Origin: Acidobacteriota bacterium | GTDB lineage: Bacteria > Acidobacteriota > UBA890 > WLXD01 | DNA: 64,000 nucleotides | Direction of reading: 5' to 3' | NCBI GenBank assembly: GCA_965248695.1 | Contig: CBDFKD010000002.1 | Span: 352,001 to 416,000 of the forward strand | In this document: positions 54,476-63,475 of the stretch, one piece after another | Position numbering within the stretch: position 1 is the first letter of the stretch | How the letters are laid out: every line of letters begins with the position of its first letter | Position numbers and translations under genes: made by a program | Notes under the pieces: generated by a model | What the model was told of the DNA's origin: nothing | The model's input: the letters and a program-made list of their open reading frames with translations, nothing else | Databases searched by the model: none

Positions 54476-57154
54476 ATGTCGCTCCAGCCAGGCACCGAGC
54501 TCAACCAGTACCGCATCGCCGACAAGCTCGGCGAGGGCGGCATGGGCCAGGTGTACCGCGCCGAGGACACGCGCCTGCGTCGCGACGTTGCCGTCAAGTT
54601 GCTTCCACCCGAGCTTCTCCAGGATGCCGAGCGGCGAGCGCGACTCGAGCGCGAGGCGCAGGTGCTCGCGTCGCTCAATCATCCACATGTGGCGGCGATC
54701 TATGGCCTCGAAGAGGCCACCGACAGTGACGGAGCCGCGTCCAGCTTCCTGGTCATGGAGCTCGTCGAGGGAATGTCGCTGGCGGACCGTATCGCCGAGG
54801 GCCCGATTCCACCCGAGCGCGCCATTCCCATCGCCCGCGGCATCGCCCTGGGCCTCGAGGCAGCGCATGAGAAGGGCATCGTGCACCGCGACCTGAAGCC
54901 CGCCAACGTCATGCTCGACGCCGACAGCAACGCCAAGGTGCTCGACTTCGGCCTCGCCAAGGCGATCGAGGGCGAGCCCGGGTCTGCCGGCTTGAACGAC
55001 CTGTCTGCGTCACCCACGATCATGGGTACCCAGGCTGGCGTCATCCTCGGGACGGCGTCGTACATGGCCCCGGAGCAGGCACGCGGCAAGACGGTCGACA
55101 AGCGCGCCGATATCTGGGCCTTTGGTTGCGTGCTCTACGAGATGCTCGGCGGCCGCAAGCCGTTCGACGGCGAGACGGCGACCGACATCATCGCCGCGAT
55201 CGTCCGCGCCGAGCCCGACGTCAACAAGCTCCCCGCCGGAACGCCGCCTCGGCTACGCGAGCTCGTCCGCCGCTGCCTGGTGAAGGATCCGCGCGAGCGA
55301 CTGCGCGATATCGGCGATGCGCGCATCGAGCTGGAGCGTGCCTTCGACGAGCCGCTGGGGGCAGTGACCGCACCTTCGTCTGCCACCAGAGCCAGCTCCA
55401 GCTGGCTAGCCGCGGCGCTCGTCGGCGGTATCGCGCTCGGCGCCACCGGCGCCCTCCTGACTCGGCCCACACCCGTTCGCGCACCCGTTCGACACGCCCT
55501 CCTGGGCACCGAAGACGTCTTGCCGATCACGTTGACCGTGTCGCCGGACGGTCGATACGTCGTCTACTCGATCGGCACAGCGGCCTGGCTCCGCTCCATG
55601 GCCGACGGCACCGACTCGCCGCTCGAGATCCGCACCAACGGGCCTTCGATGGCGTTCGGGCCCGACGGGTTCCTGTACTTCGTCGAGGCGGCCACCGCGC
55701 TACGCCGTATGGACGTTCAGGCACGGGCCCCAGTAACAGTCGCCGAGAACGGCGGCAGCGTGTGGTTCAGCCCGGTGGTCGCGAGTGAGGGAACGGTCTA
55801 TATCGCGCGCTCAGTCAGTAACGGCACCCCTCCGATCGCGATCGACTCCATCGACATCGCGACCGGCAGGGTGACCGAAGTGGCGACCTGGGACTCTACG
55901 GAGCATTTCTTTATCCCGACGCATGCGATTCCGGGAGGGGAGGCTCTTCTGGGAGTGTCAACGACGGGCATAGCTCGGGCGCCGCAACCGGACGACCTTC
56001 AAGTGGCGCGCCTTGACCTCGACAACGGCTCGCTGACGGTGATCGCCAACGGTTTCGGCTGGCCTTCGCTCATCGACGACCGGACCATGGTCATGACCGA
56101 TTCGGAAGGACGACTGGTTTCCGTCGAGGTCGACCCGACCACCCTGGAAATGGTCGGGGTGCCGCGCCCGCGCATCGAGGGGCTCGCCTCGCTGGCGTTC
56201 TTCACAGCCTACTCCGTCGCCGCAGACGGCAGCCTGTTCTACGTCGGCGGCGACACGGTGCAGGCCGAGGAACGCATGCTCTACTGGGTCGATCGGCAGG
56301 GGCGTCCGAGCGAGGTCAGCGACAAGGTCTCCTTCTACGACAGCGATTCGACCATCTCCCCGGACGGACGCTACCTTGCCCTGGAACGCTCCGACGTCCA
56401 GACGGTGCTGATCTGGGTCCATGACCTCCAGCGCGATACCCAGGCACTGGTGTGGCCCGACGAAACGAGCTCCTTCCCGGTCTGGTCCCCGGACAGCACA
56501 CAGCTGGCCGTGCGTCTGGTACCGGCTGACGGCCCGGAAGGGATCTTTCTCATGAGTGTGGATCGGAGCGCGCCGCCAGAGCGTGTGACCTCGGCGGAAG
56601 CAGGCCGGTTCCACCTACCCATGGACTGGTCGGCAACCGGCACCCTCGTCTACGTGGACTCCGACAACCCTTTCCGCGCCGCTGGCTCGGACAGCAATCT
56701 CTGGCTCGTCCGGCCAGGCAGTGAGGCTGAGCCCGAGCCCTTCCTGGCGTCGGACGTCTTCGAGGTAGAAGCGCGGTTCTCACCCGATGGCCGCTGGCTT
56801 GCCTATGCCTCGGACCACAGCGGCACGACCGAGGTCTATGTTCGTGCCGCGGATGGCAGCGGCGGCGAAACGCCGATCTCTACCGACGGCGGCACCCGAC
56901 CGAGCTGGAACCCCGCTGGCGGCGAGCTATTCTACAATAGTGGCCGTCGGATGGTGGTGGTCGAGGTGGAGACCGGCGACAGGTTCACTGCGGGCATCCC
57001 GCAGGAACTGTTCGTGTTGCCGGAAGGCCACTTCGCCAACCTGGTGGAGCCGGACCGTACCGGACAGCGCTTCCTGACGATCAAGCCGCTGGCCGCCGGC
57101 CAGGTGACCCAGTTGCGCGCCGTGTTCAACTGGACGCAGACGCTGGAGCAATAG
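54476..57154 (+). CDS. Hanks-type Ser/Thr protein kinase with TM segment and C-terminal PD40/TolB-like propeller
   Basis: LGEGGMGQVY, VAVK, HRDLKPAN, DFG, YMAPE, DIWAFG; SPDG repeats. Confidence 0.95.
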   Translation: MSLQPGTELNQYRIADKLGEGGMGQVYRAEDTRLRRDVAVKLLPPELLQDAERRARLEREAQVLASLNHPHVAAIYGLEEATDSDGAASSFLVMELVEGMSLADRIAEGPIPPERAIPIARGIALGLEAAHEKGIVHRDLKPANVMLDADSNAKVLDFGLAKAIEGEPGSAGLNDLSASPTIMGTQAGVILGTASYMAPEQARGKTVDKRADIWAFGCVLYEMLGGRKPFDGETATDIIAAIVRAEPDVNKLPAGTPPRLRELVRRCLVKDPRERLRDIGDARIELERAFDEPLGAVTAPSSATRASSSWLAAALVGGIALGATGALLTRPTPVRAPVRHALLGTEDVLPITLTVSPDGRYVVYSIGTAAWLRSMADGTDSPLEIRTNGPSMAFGPDGFLYFVEAATALRRMDVQARAPVTVAENGGSVWFSPVVASEGTVYIARSVSNGTPPIAIDSIDIATGRVTEVATWDSTEHFFIPTHAIPGGEALLGVSTTGIARAPQPDDLQVARLDLDNGSLTVIANGFGWPSLIDDRTMVMTDSEGRLVSVEVDPTTLEMVGVPRPRIEGLASLAFFTAYSVAADGSLFYVGGDTVQAEERMLYWVDRQGRPSEVSDKVSFYDSDSTISPDGRYLALERSDVQTVLIWVHDLQRDTQALVWPDETSSFPVWSPDSTQLAVRLVPADGPEGIFLMSVDRSAPPERVTSAEAGRFHLPMDWSATGTLVYVDSDNPFRAAGSDSNLWLVRPGSEAEPEPFLASDVFEVEARFSPDGRWLAYASDHSGTTEVYVRAADGSGGETPISTDGGTRPSWNPAGGELFYNSGRRMVVVEVETGDRFTAGIPQELFVLPEGHFANLVEPDRTGQRFLTIKPLAAGQVTQLRAVFNWTQTLEQ

Positions 57155-57176
57155 TCCCAACGCCGGAGAGCGCAGC

Positions 57177-57707
57177 ATGAACGAGGAGCCCGATCATAGC
57201 GACGGCGCGGTGGCGAGCGCGACAGTGGGCGGCAAAACGAACGACAACGACGGCGCCGCCGTTCGCATTCCACCGCCAATGATCTACCTGGCGGGCGTAA
57301 TCGTCGGCGGTCTGCTCCACGCCTACGTCATGGCGGTACCACTGACGCTCGAGTTCGGCCCCCGGCTAGCGGTCTCGCTGACCTTCGTGCTGCTGGCGAT
57401 CACGTTGATGGCCGGCGCCTTCGGCCTGTTCAAGCGTACCGGGCAAGACCCGAAGCCATGGCTGCCGACGCCCGAGATCATCTCCACTGGCGTGTACCGC
57501 TTCACCCGCAACCCGATGTACTTGGGACTGGCGATGATGCAGGTCGGGATCGGCATCGGACTGGAGAACGGCTGGATCGTGGCCCTGCTGTTGCCAGTTC
57601 TCCTCCTCATCTACGGGACCGCGATCCGCCACGAGGAGGCCTACCTGGAGGACAAGTTCGGCGACACCTACCTGCAGTACAAGCGGTCGGTGCGTCGCTG
57701 GCTGTAG
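57177..57707 (+). CDS. Isoprenylcysteine carboxyl methyltransferase / PEMT family membrane protein
   Basis: IPPP, GVYRFTRNPMYLG, EEAYLEDKFGDTY, VRRWL. Confidence 0.9.
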   Translation: MNEEPDHSDGAVASATVGGKTNDNDGAAVRIPPPMIYLAGVIVGGLLHAYVMAVPLTLEFGPRLAVSLTFVLLAITLMAGAFGLFKRTGQDPKPWLPTPEIISTGVYRFTRNPMYLGLAMMQVGIGIGLENGWIVALLLPVLLLIYGTAIRHEEAYLEDKFGDTYLQYKRSVRRWL

Positions 57708-57741
57708 CGTCGGAAGCGACCAGCGTTGCTCCGAGCAGGGC

Positions 57742-58530
57742 TCAGCGCGTGATGCCTTGTTCCGCGAAGAACCGCAGTACGTCGGGCCATGGGCGCGGGC
57801 AGTCATTGTGTCCGCAGGACATGCTGACCAGCGTCGTCCCCGCGGCCCTTGCGAGCTGCTCACCGTGCGCGTGCGGAATCACCTGGTCACGTTCGCCGTG
57901 CAGGACGAGCGTTGGCGCGGAATGCTCTGCCACAGCCGCCAGGTTGTCGAACGGATCGAGCACCAGGACACGGGGTAGATACCAGGGCGCCACCGCCGCC
58001 ACGCTGGTGAATGTCGACTCCAGCACCAACCCGGCAAGTGGGCGCTCGGTACTGAGCGCGCAGGCAGCACCACCGCCCAGCGAACGTCCGTGGGCAACGA
58101 TGCGGTCGGCGTCCACAGCGGGGTGCTGGCTGAGGAAGTCGTAGGCCCCGACCATCGTGGCGGTGATCGACTCCTGGGTCGGTCTTCCTCCTGAGCGACC
58201 GTAGCTCGGATACTCGACAAGCAACACCCCGATTCCGGCCGCCGTGAGATCGGCAAACGGCGCTACCCAGTAGTCGATGAGCTCGCCGTTGCCGTGCGCA
58301 AAGATGACCACAGGGTACGGCTCAGCTGCGACGGCGGACGGCAAGAGCCAGGCCTCGACGTTGTCCGCGTCCCCGAGCCACACTGTCTCGGCCCCGACCG
58401 GCAGCTGCGTGCGGGCTGCCGGCAACGCCGGCCTCGGGTACATGACGCGTCGCTGCAGGCCAAGCATGGCAGCGAGGAAACCGACGCCCAGTAGCGCGAC
58501 GGGGAGGAAGCTACTCAACAGCGTTCGCAA
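57742..58530 (-). CDS. Membrane-anchored alpha/beta hydrolase (ABHD13-like)
   Basis: FAHGNGE, EYPSYG, GRSLGG, LESTFTS, HGERDQVI, GHND. Confidence 0.9.
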   Translation of the reverse strand: MRTLLSSFLPVALLGVGFLAAMLGLQRRVMYPRPALPAARTQLPVGAETVWLGDADNVEAWLLPSAVAAEPYPVVIFAHGNGELIDYWVAPFADLTAAGIGVLLVEYPSYGRSGGRPTQESITATMVGAYDFLSQHPAVDADRIVAHGRSLGGGAACALSTERPLAGLVLESTFTSVAAVAPWYLPRVLVLDPFDNLAAVAEHSAPTLVLHGERDQVIPHAHGEQLARAAGTTLVSMSCGHNDCPRPWPDVLRFFAEQGITR

Positions 58531-58587
58531 GACTCGTCACCGCCAATCGGTCTCCTTTGCTCGGGGAGGTAAAGCCACACCCGAGCC

Positions 58588-58952
58588 CTAGCAGGCCGTG
58601 GTGAAAGTGTGGTGGGTCTGGTTACGGCGAGTTGGGGCCAGATGCAAGGCGGCCTGACGCACACGATGCCCTAGCAGGCCATGGTGGAAGTGTGGCGGGC
58701 CTGGTTGCGACGAGTTGGGGCCAGATGCAAGGCGACCTGACGCAGACGATGCACTAGCCATCGTCGAGGAGGGCCAACGCCGCAGATGGCCCCAAATCGC
58801 CGCAACCCTTCGGGCGACTGGGGGTTGCGCGCGGATGCTGCTGCGTCGTTTGTCGTCAACGATGGGGTGACCATCGCCTCCTCCTCTCTCCTGGCCTGCG
58901 CCTCGCAAAACCCTGTCGCCAGACCCACCACTCTTTCACCACGGCCTGCTAG
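58588..58952. mobile_element. MITE-like non-autonomous element with 34-bp terminal inverted repeats and a duplicated 83-bp left arm
   Basis: TIRs at 58588-58621 and 58919-58952 match at 33/34 and end in CTAG; 83-bp direct repeat 58588-58670 / 58671-58753 has 9 mismatches; internal hairpins; no credible ORF. Confidence 0.8.
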
Positions 58953-59767
58953 AGGTCGCCCGCGAAGAACTCCAACTGGAAGCTCTCAGCGTACCTGGCG
59001 TCGCACGCTAGTTGCGCGGCGATCTCTGCATTCAGCTGCAATATCCGATCATCGAGGCCGCTGCCGCGCTGTTGCAGATTGCGGGTGTGCTGCGAGCGAT
59101 GGAAACGCAGCATCTCCCGCTTCCACTGTGCGGCCTTTTGGCCGAACGGCATGTAGGCGTCGAGGCGCATCTCGACCGTCTTGGGATCGCTCTGGTACAT
59201 CGCCAGCAGCGGGATTGGCGCAGACTTGGCTATGTCGCGGAACGCTGCGTAGGTGCGGCGGTGTCCGGCGTTCGTGTCGTCGCCATAGGGAAGCGTCACG
59301 ATATCGGGTGCCGCCGTGCCGATTAGCCGGGCCACTGCAGCCCGGGCGTTATCGTCGATCCGGAGCTCTCCATCGTCCTGCACCGGCAGGCGAAGAAACG
59401 TCGCTTTGCTGGCGGGGAGCTCGAAGAAGCTCAGCGCGTCGAGCTGTTCGGCCTCGCGCACCTGCACTTTTCGCGCGTCGGTCACCGGGGTCACGAAAGA
59501 GTCCAGCACGCCGGACGCGCCACCGGTAAGCACCGCCAGCGTAATGTCGGCTCCATTCTCCGAAAAGTGCCTCAGCGTGACCGCCACTTCGTCGAAGTCG
59601 TCTGGGTGCGGGGCCAGTACCAATAGCCTCAGCATTTCCGGCACCGGCAGGTCGGGCAGCGACGCGGGCTGAGCCGATGGCTCCGCTAGCCGCGAGAGAA
59701 ACGCCATGGTGGCGGCCGTGCGCGAGCTCGACTCGGGCGCCGAACGCGATGTCGGATCCGCGATCAC
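58949..59767 (-). CDS. PIG-L/LmbE-family deacetylase-like protein
   Basis: VLAPHPDD, REAEQ, D..GH, K..L.FHRSQ; GTGA overlap with yaaA. Confidence 0.85.
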   Translation of the reverse strand: MIADPTSRSAPESSSRTAATMAFLSRLAEPSAQPASLPDLPVPEMLRLLVLAPHPDDFDEVAVTLRHFSENGADITLAVLTGGASGVLDSFVTPVTDARKVQVREAEQLDALSFFELPASKATFLRLPVQDDGELRIDDNARAAVARLIGTAAPDIVTLPYGDDTNAGHRRTYAAFRDIAKSAPIPLLAMYQSDPKTVEMRLDAYMPFGQKAAQWKREMLRFHRSQHTRNLQQRGSGLDDRILQLNAEIAAQLACDARYAESFQLEFFAGDL

Positions 59768-60546
59768 GCCGCCCAGTTCTGCGGCCGCACGAACAGTAGC
59801 TGGTCCTCGTCAGAGAGATCGGGGCGGAACTCGTACCCCTCCTCGGCGAAGTCCTCGAGTCCTGCCGGGCGATCGATTCGGTTCTTCACCACGAAGCGAG
59901 CCATCAAGCCGCGCGCGCGCTTGGCTGAGAAGCTGATCGTCTTGATCTGCCCGTCGCGGATCTCCTTGAACAGCGCTGTCACCAGCGGCGGCTTCAACTC
60001 CTTCGCCCGCACCCCTTTGAAGTACTCGTTCGATGCCAGGTTCAGAATCGCCTTGACGGGCCGCTCTTCATGCTCGGCATTGAGAGCCTCGGTCAGGCGA
60101 CCGCCCCAGAACTCATAGAGGTTCTTGCCGCGCATGTTGTCCAGTCGAGTGCCCATCTCGAGACGATACGGCTGGATCAAATCAAGCGGTCGCAGCAACC
60201 CGTAGAACCCCGACAGAATCCGCAGCCGACGCTGCGCCGAGGTGAGGTCGCGCTTCGTCAGGCTGGCCGCGGCCAGCCCGCGATACACGTCCCCACCGAA
60301 CGCCAGCAGGCACGGCTTGGAGTTGTCGGCGGTGAACGGCAGCGTCATCTCGTGGAACCGCTGCCGGTTGAGCTCGGCGAGCGGCTGGCTGAGCTTCATC
60401 AGCTTGCGCAACTCCGCAACGCTCAGCTTGCGACAGCGTTTGAGCAACACCTCGATGTCCTGCTCGAAGCGGGGCTCGGATGTGCGTAGTCCCGAGGCGC
60501 GAAAGTCGAAGTCCATCGTCTTGGCGGGCGAAAGCAGGGTCAGCAT
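59764..60546 (-). CDS. yaaA: Peroxide stress protein YaaA (DUF328)
   Basis: LSPAKT, GDVYRGL, LRILSGFYGLLRPLDLIQPYRLEMG, NLASNEY, AKRARGLMARF. Confidence 0.95.
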   Translation of the reverse strand: MLTLLSPAKTMDFDFRASGLRTSEPRFEQDIEVLLKRCRKLSVAELRKLMKLSQPLAELNRQRFHEMTLPFTADNSKPCLLAFGGDVYRGLAAASLTKRDLTSAQRRLRILSGFYGLLRPLDLIQPYRLEMGTRLDNMRGKNLYEFWGGRLTEALNAEHEERPVKAILNLASNEYFKGVRAKELKPPLVTALFKEIRDGQIKTISFSAKRARGLMARFVVKNRIDRPAGLEDFAEEGYEFRPDLSDEDQLLFVRPQNWAA

Positions 60547-60779
60547 GGGTCACTCGAACCAGATCTTTGAGCCGCCGTCGGAGCGAACGGCAGGGCTGTT
60601 AGCGGTACCGTGATTCTACCTTCTACGGCACCTGAGTGGCCGCTGACCGACACAGCACCCCGAAGCTTGCGGCGGCGCGAGAGAACGGACTCGACGCATC
60701 GAACCTGCGTCGCCTTTGACACTGGTGCGGCAGCGGCCTACGTTGCCACGGCTGGCAACCGCAAACCATGGAGGGTGTC

Positions 60780-61499
60780 ATGGCAGCCAACGACGAGAAA
60801 CTGTCGAGACGTGGATTCCTGGGAGCGACGGCAGCCGCCGCTGTCGGCAGCGGGGCTCTCGGCGCGTCGGACCAGGAGCAAGCAGACGAGGAGCAATCCC
60901 GACAACTGATCTCGACGGTGAGGATCCCGAAACAGTCCGGGCGCGGCGTGTTTCTGGACCGCGACCAGTGGATCAAGGTCATCACCCCCGAGGGCACGCA
61001 GGTCTCGGACCTGTTCGCCTTCGTGCGCAACTCGCCGGATGAGTTCCTCTGCCCGCGCACGACGATGACTCGCCAACGTCGGCTTTACCCCCAGATCGGC
61101 GAACCTTTCTACAGCAACAAGCGGCGCCCGCTGCTGTTGCTCGAGGAGGACACCGTGGGCGTCCACGACCTCTTCTATCCGGCGTGCGATGTGTACATGT
61201 ACCGCGACTACTGGGATGACGAGAATCACCCGAGCTGTCGCGGCAACCTCAACGCCGTGCTGCAGGAGCTCGACTTCGAGCCAGGCGGCTATGCCGAGCC
61301 GCACAACCTGTTCCAGAACTCGCCAGCGATCGACATGGACGGCAACCTGCAGGTACGCGAGTCACCTGCGAAACCGGGAGACTACGTGCTGCTCAAGGCG
61401 CTCGATGACCTGCTCGTGGTGGCCACTGCATGTTCTGTCGATCGTGGCGTGCTCAACGGCGACCGGCCCAAGGGGATCGTGCTCGAGGTCTACGTGTGA
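60780..61499 (+). CDS. DUF1989 (urea carboxylase-associated) family protein with twin-arginine signal peptide
   Basis: GGAGG then ATG; SRRGFL Tat motif; QVSDL, HDLFYPAC, SCRGNL, NLFQN, PGDYVLL..ATACS. Confidence 0.85.
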   Translation: MAANDEKLSRRGFLGATAAAAVGSGALGASDQEQADEEQSRQLISTVRIPKQSGRGVFLDRDQWIKVITPEGTQVSDLFAFVRNSPDEFLCPRTTMTRQRRLYPQIGEPFYSNKRRPLLLLEEDTVGVHDLFYPACDVYMYRDYWDDENHPSCRGNLNAVLQELDFEPGGYAEPHNLFQNSPAIDMDGNLQVRESPAKPGDYVLLKALDDLLVVATACSVDRGVLNGDRPKGIVLEVYV

Positions 61500-63418
61500 C
61501 GACGGCTCGCCATCGGCGGCGCAGTGCGGCGGCGTGCCTTCTGCTTCTCGGCGCCGTCGGCGCTCCTGCGGCGGGGCAGCGTCCGGCGACCGGGGGTGGG
61601 ATCGTCCTGACCGACGCGACCATCCCGGAGCTGCAGCAGGCCATGGAGAGCGGAACGGTCACATCGGTCGAGCTCGTCGATGCGTATCTGGCCCGCATCG
61701 CAGCCTACGATCAAGACGGCCCACGTCTGAACGCGATCCTGCACATGAATCCGAAGGCTCGGGATCGCGCCGCTGCGCTCGACCGCGAACGCCACGACAG
61801 CGGGCCGCGCGGGCCACTGCACGGCATCCCAGTGATCCTCAAGGACAACTACGACACAGCCGACATGCCCACCTCGGCCGGCTCGGTGGCGCTTGCGGGT
61901 TTCGCCCCCGGCCGCGACGGCTTCCAGGTCCGTAAGCTCCGCTCCGCCGGGGCGGTGATTCTGGCCAAGGCGAACATGGAAGAGCTGGCAATGGGCATCA
62001 CCACGATCGGCTCACTGGGGGGGCAAACCCTCAATCCGTACGATCCGCGGCGCAACCCAGGCGGCTCGAGCGGCGGTACCGGGGCAGCGATCGCCGCCGG
62101 CTTCGCAGCCGTCGGCATGGGGTCGGATACCTGTGGCTCGATCCGGATCCCGGCGTCGCACAACAACCTCGTCGGGCTCCGACCCACCAAGGGTCTGTCG
62201 AGCATTGCCGGGATCGTTCCGTTGGCCCACACGCAGGACGTCGGCGGGCCGCTGGCCCGCAGCGTCACCGATCTGGCCATCGTGCTCGACGCGACGATCG
62301 GTCCCGACCCTGACGACCCGGCAACGCGGGCGCTCGACGGCCGCGAGCTACCGAGATTCACCGACGGACTCGCCGGCGCGTCGATCGCGGACACGCGCTT
62401 CGGCAAGCTCACGTCGCTGTTCGAACGGGACGTCGCCGAAGATCAGGTGATCGAGGTGATCGATGCTGCTCTCGAGCACCTCGTTGAGCAAGGCGCAGAG
62501 ATCATCGACGTCGAGGTGCCCGGATTGCAGGATCTGATCGAGGAATCCGGCGTTATCGGTCACGAGTTCAAGTTCGACTTCATCGACTATCTGGCGGCCC
62601 GGCCGGGCGCCCCGATACGCTCGCTCACCGAGATCCTCGAGCGCGGACTGCATCATCAGGCGATGACCAGCCGCTTCACGAATATCGACGAGACCGAGGA
62701 GCGTGACTCGGCGGACTACCTCGCGGCGCTCCGATGGCGCGAGATTCTCGCCGACGCCGTCGCTCAGGTGCTCGACGAGCACCAACTCGAAGCCATCGTC
62801 TACCCGACCATCGTGCAGCGTCCCAAGCACGTCGGCGAGCGCCAGCCAGGGAGCAACTGCTCGCTGAGCGCCCAGAGCGGATTGCCGGCTATCTCGGTTC
62901 CAGCCGGCTTCACCGACGACGGGCTACCCGTAGGAATGGAGCTACTCGGGCGATCGTTCGACGACGTCCGACTGGTGAGGCTAGCGCATGCCTTCGAACA
63001 GACCACGGACCACCATCGGTCGCCTGCGACGACCCCACGCCTGGTCAATGGAGCCGCACCGGAGCCGGTTTCCTTCCGCGTGTCCGTCGCTGCCGAGGGT
63101 GAGATCGAAGCCGGAGGTTCGCCGATCGGAGGGGTCGCATTCATGTTCGATCCGACGCGTAATCGCCTCGCTTACGAGTTGAGCCTCAGCGCAGGCGAGG
63201 CGGAGAGGATCCTGGCAGTGACTCTCCATCGAGGCGAGCGAGGTGACGGACCCGTCATTGCGAGGCTTGCAGGCATCGGCGCCCGGCGAACAGCCGGCGA
63301 GCTCCAACTACGTCCCGCCGATCGCCTGGCGCTCGATCAAGGCGAGATTCATGTCCGAGTGTTCACGCGCAACGATCCGCTGGGCCTGACACGCGGGCAG
63401 CTCACACTGCCGCAGTGA
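61496..63418 (+). CDS. Exported amidase-signature enzyme with C-terminal CHRD-like domain
   Basis: GTGA overlap with the DUF1989 gene; signal peptide; LHGIPVILKDN, GGSSGG, GSDTCGSIRIPAS; C-terminal LHRG..GPVI..G..RGQL. Confidence 0.88.
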   Translation: MTTARHRRRSAAACLLLLGAVGAPAAGQRPATGGGIVLTDATIPELQQAMESGTVTSVELVDAYLARIAAYDQDGPRLNAILHMNPKARDRAAALDRERHDSGPRGPLHGIPVILKDNYDTADMPTSAGSVALAGFAPGRDGFQVRKLRSAGAVILAKANMEELAMGITTIGSLGGQTLNPYDPRRNPGGSSGGTGAAIAAGFAAVGMGSDTCGSIRIPASHNNLVGLRPTKGLSSIAGIVPLAHTQDVGGPLARSVTDLAIVLDATIGPDPDDPATRALDGRELPRFTDGLAGASIADTRFGKLTSLFERDVAEDQVIEVIDAALEHLVEQGAEIIDVEVPGLQDLIEESGVIGHEFKFDFIDYLAARPGAPIRSLTEILERGLHHQAMTSRFTNIDETEERDSADYLAALRWREILADAVAQVLDEHQLEAIVYPTIVQRPKHVGERQPGSNCSLSAQSGLPAISVPAGFTDDGLPVGMELLGRSFDDVRLVRLAHAFEQTTDHHRSPATTPRLVNGAAPEPVSFRVSVAAEGEIEAGGSPIGGVAFMFDPTRNRLAYELSLSAGEAERILAVTLHRGERGDGPVIARLAGIGARRTAGELQLRPADRLALDQGEIHVRVFTRNDPLGLTRGQLTLPQ

Positions 63419-63475
63419 TCAGGCCAGCGACCGCCACTGTCCGGTCGCACGCGGGCACGAAACGCAGGCCGCTAG

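Noticed and set aside
58588-58760. CRISPR-like array from the 83-bp repeat
   Set aside because: Two contiguous units without unique spacers and no cas genes; explained by the TIR element.
58588-58931. Short ORFs 58588-58908 and 58671-58931
   Set aside because: They lie wholly within the palindromic element and are by-products of its CTAG ends.
60547-60779. Guanidine riboswitch upstream of the DUF1989 gene
   Set aside because: No ykkC-type conserved core and no paired ACGR-loop hairpins found; only simple hairpins such as GTTGCCA/TGGCAAC.
816-63102. Many long overlapping or antisense ORFs in the track (e.g. 29064-30992, 36380-38296, 51018-52691, 46432-47808, 3794-5023)
   Set aside because: They shadow well-supported genes on the opposite strand or frame, show no recognisable motifs, and are expected in high-GC DNA.
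63427-63448. Hairpin GCGACCG/CGGTCGC between convergent genes as an intrinsic terminator
   Set aside because: No U-tract on either strand, so it cannot be supported as a terminator.
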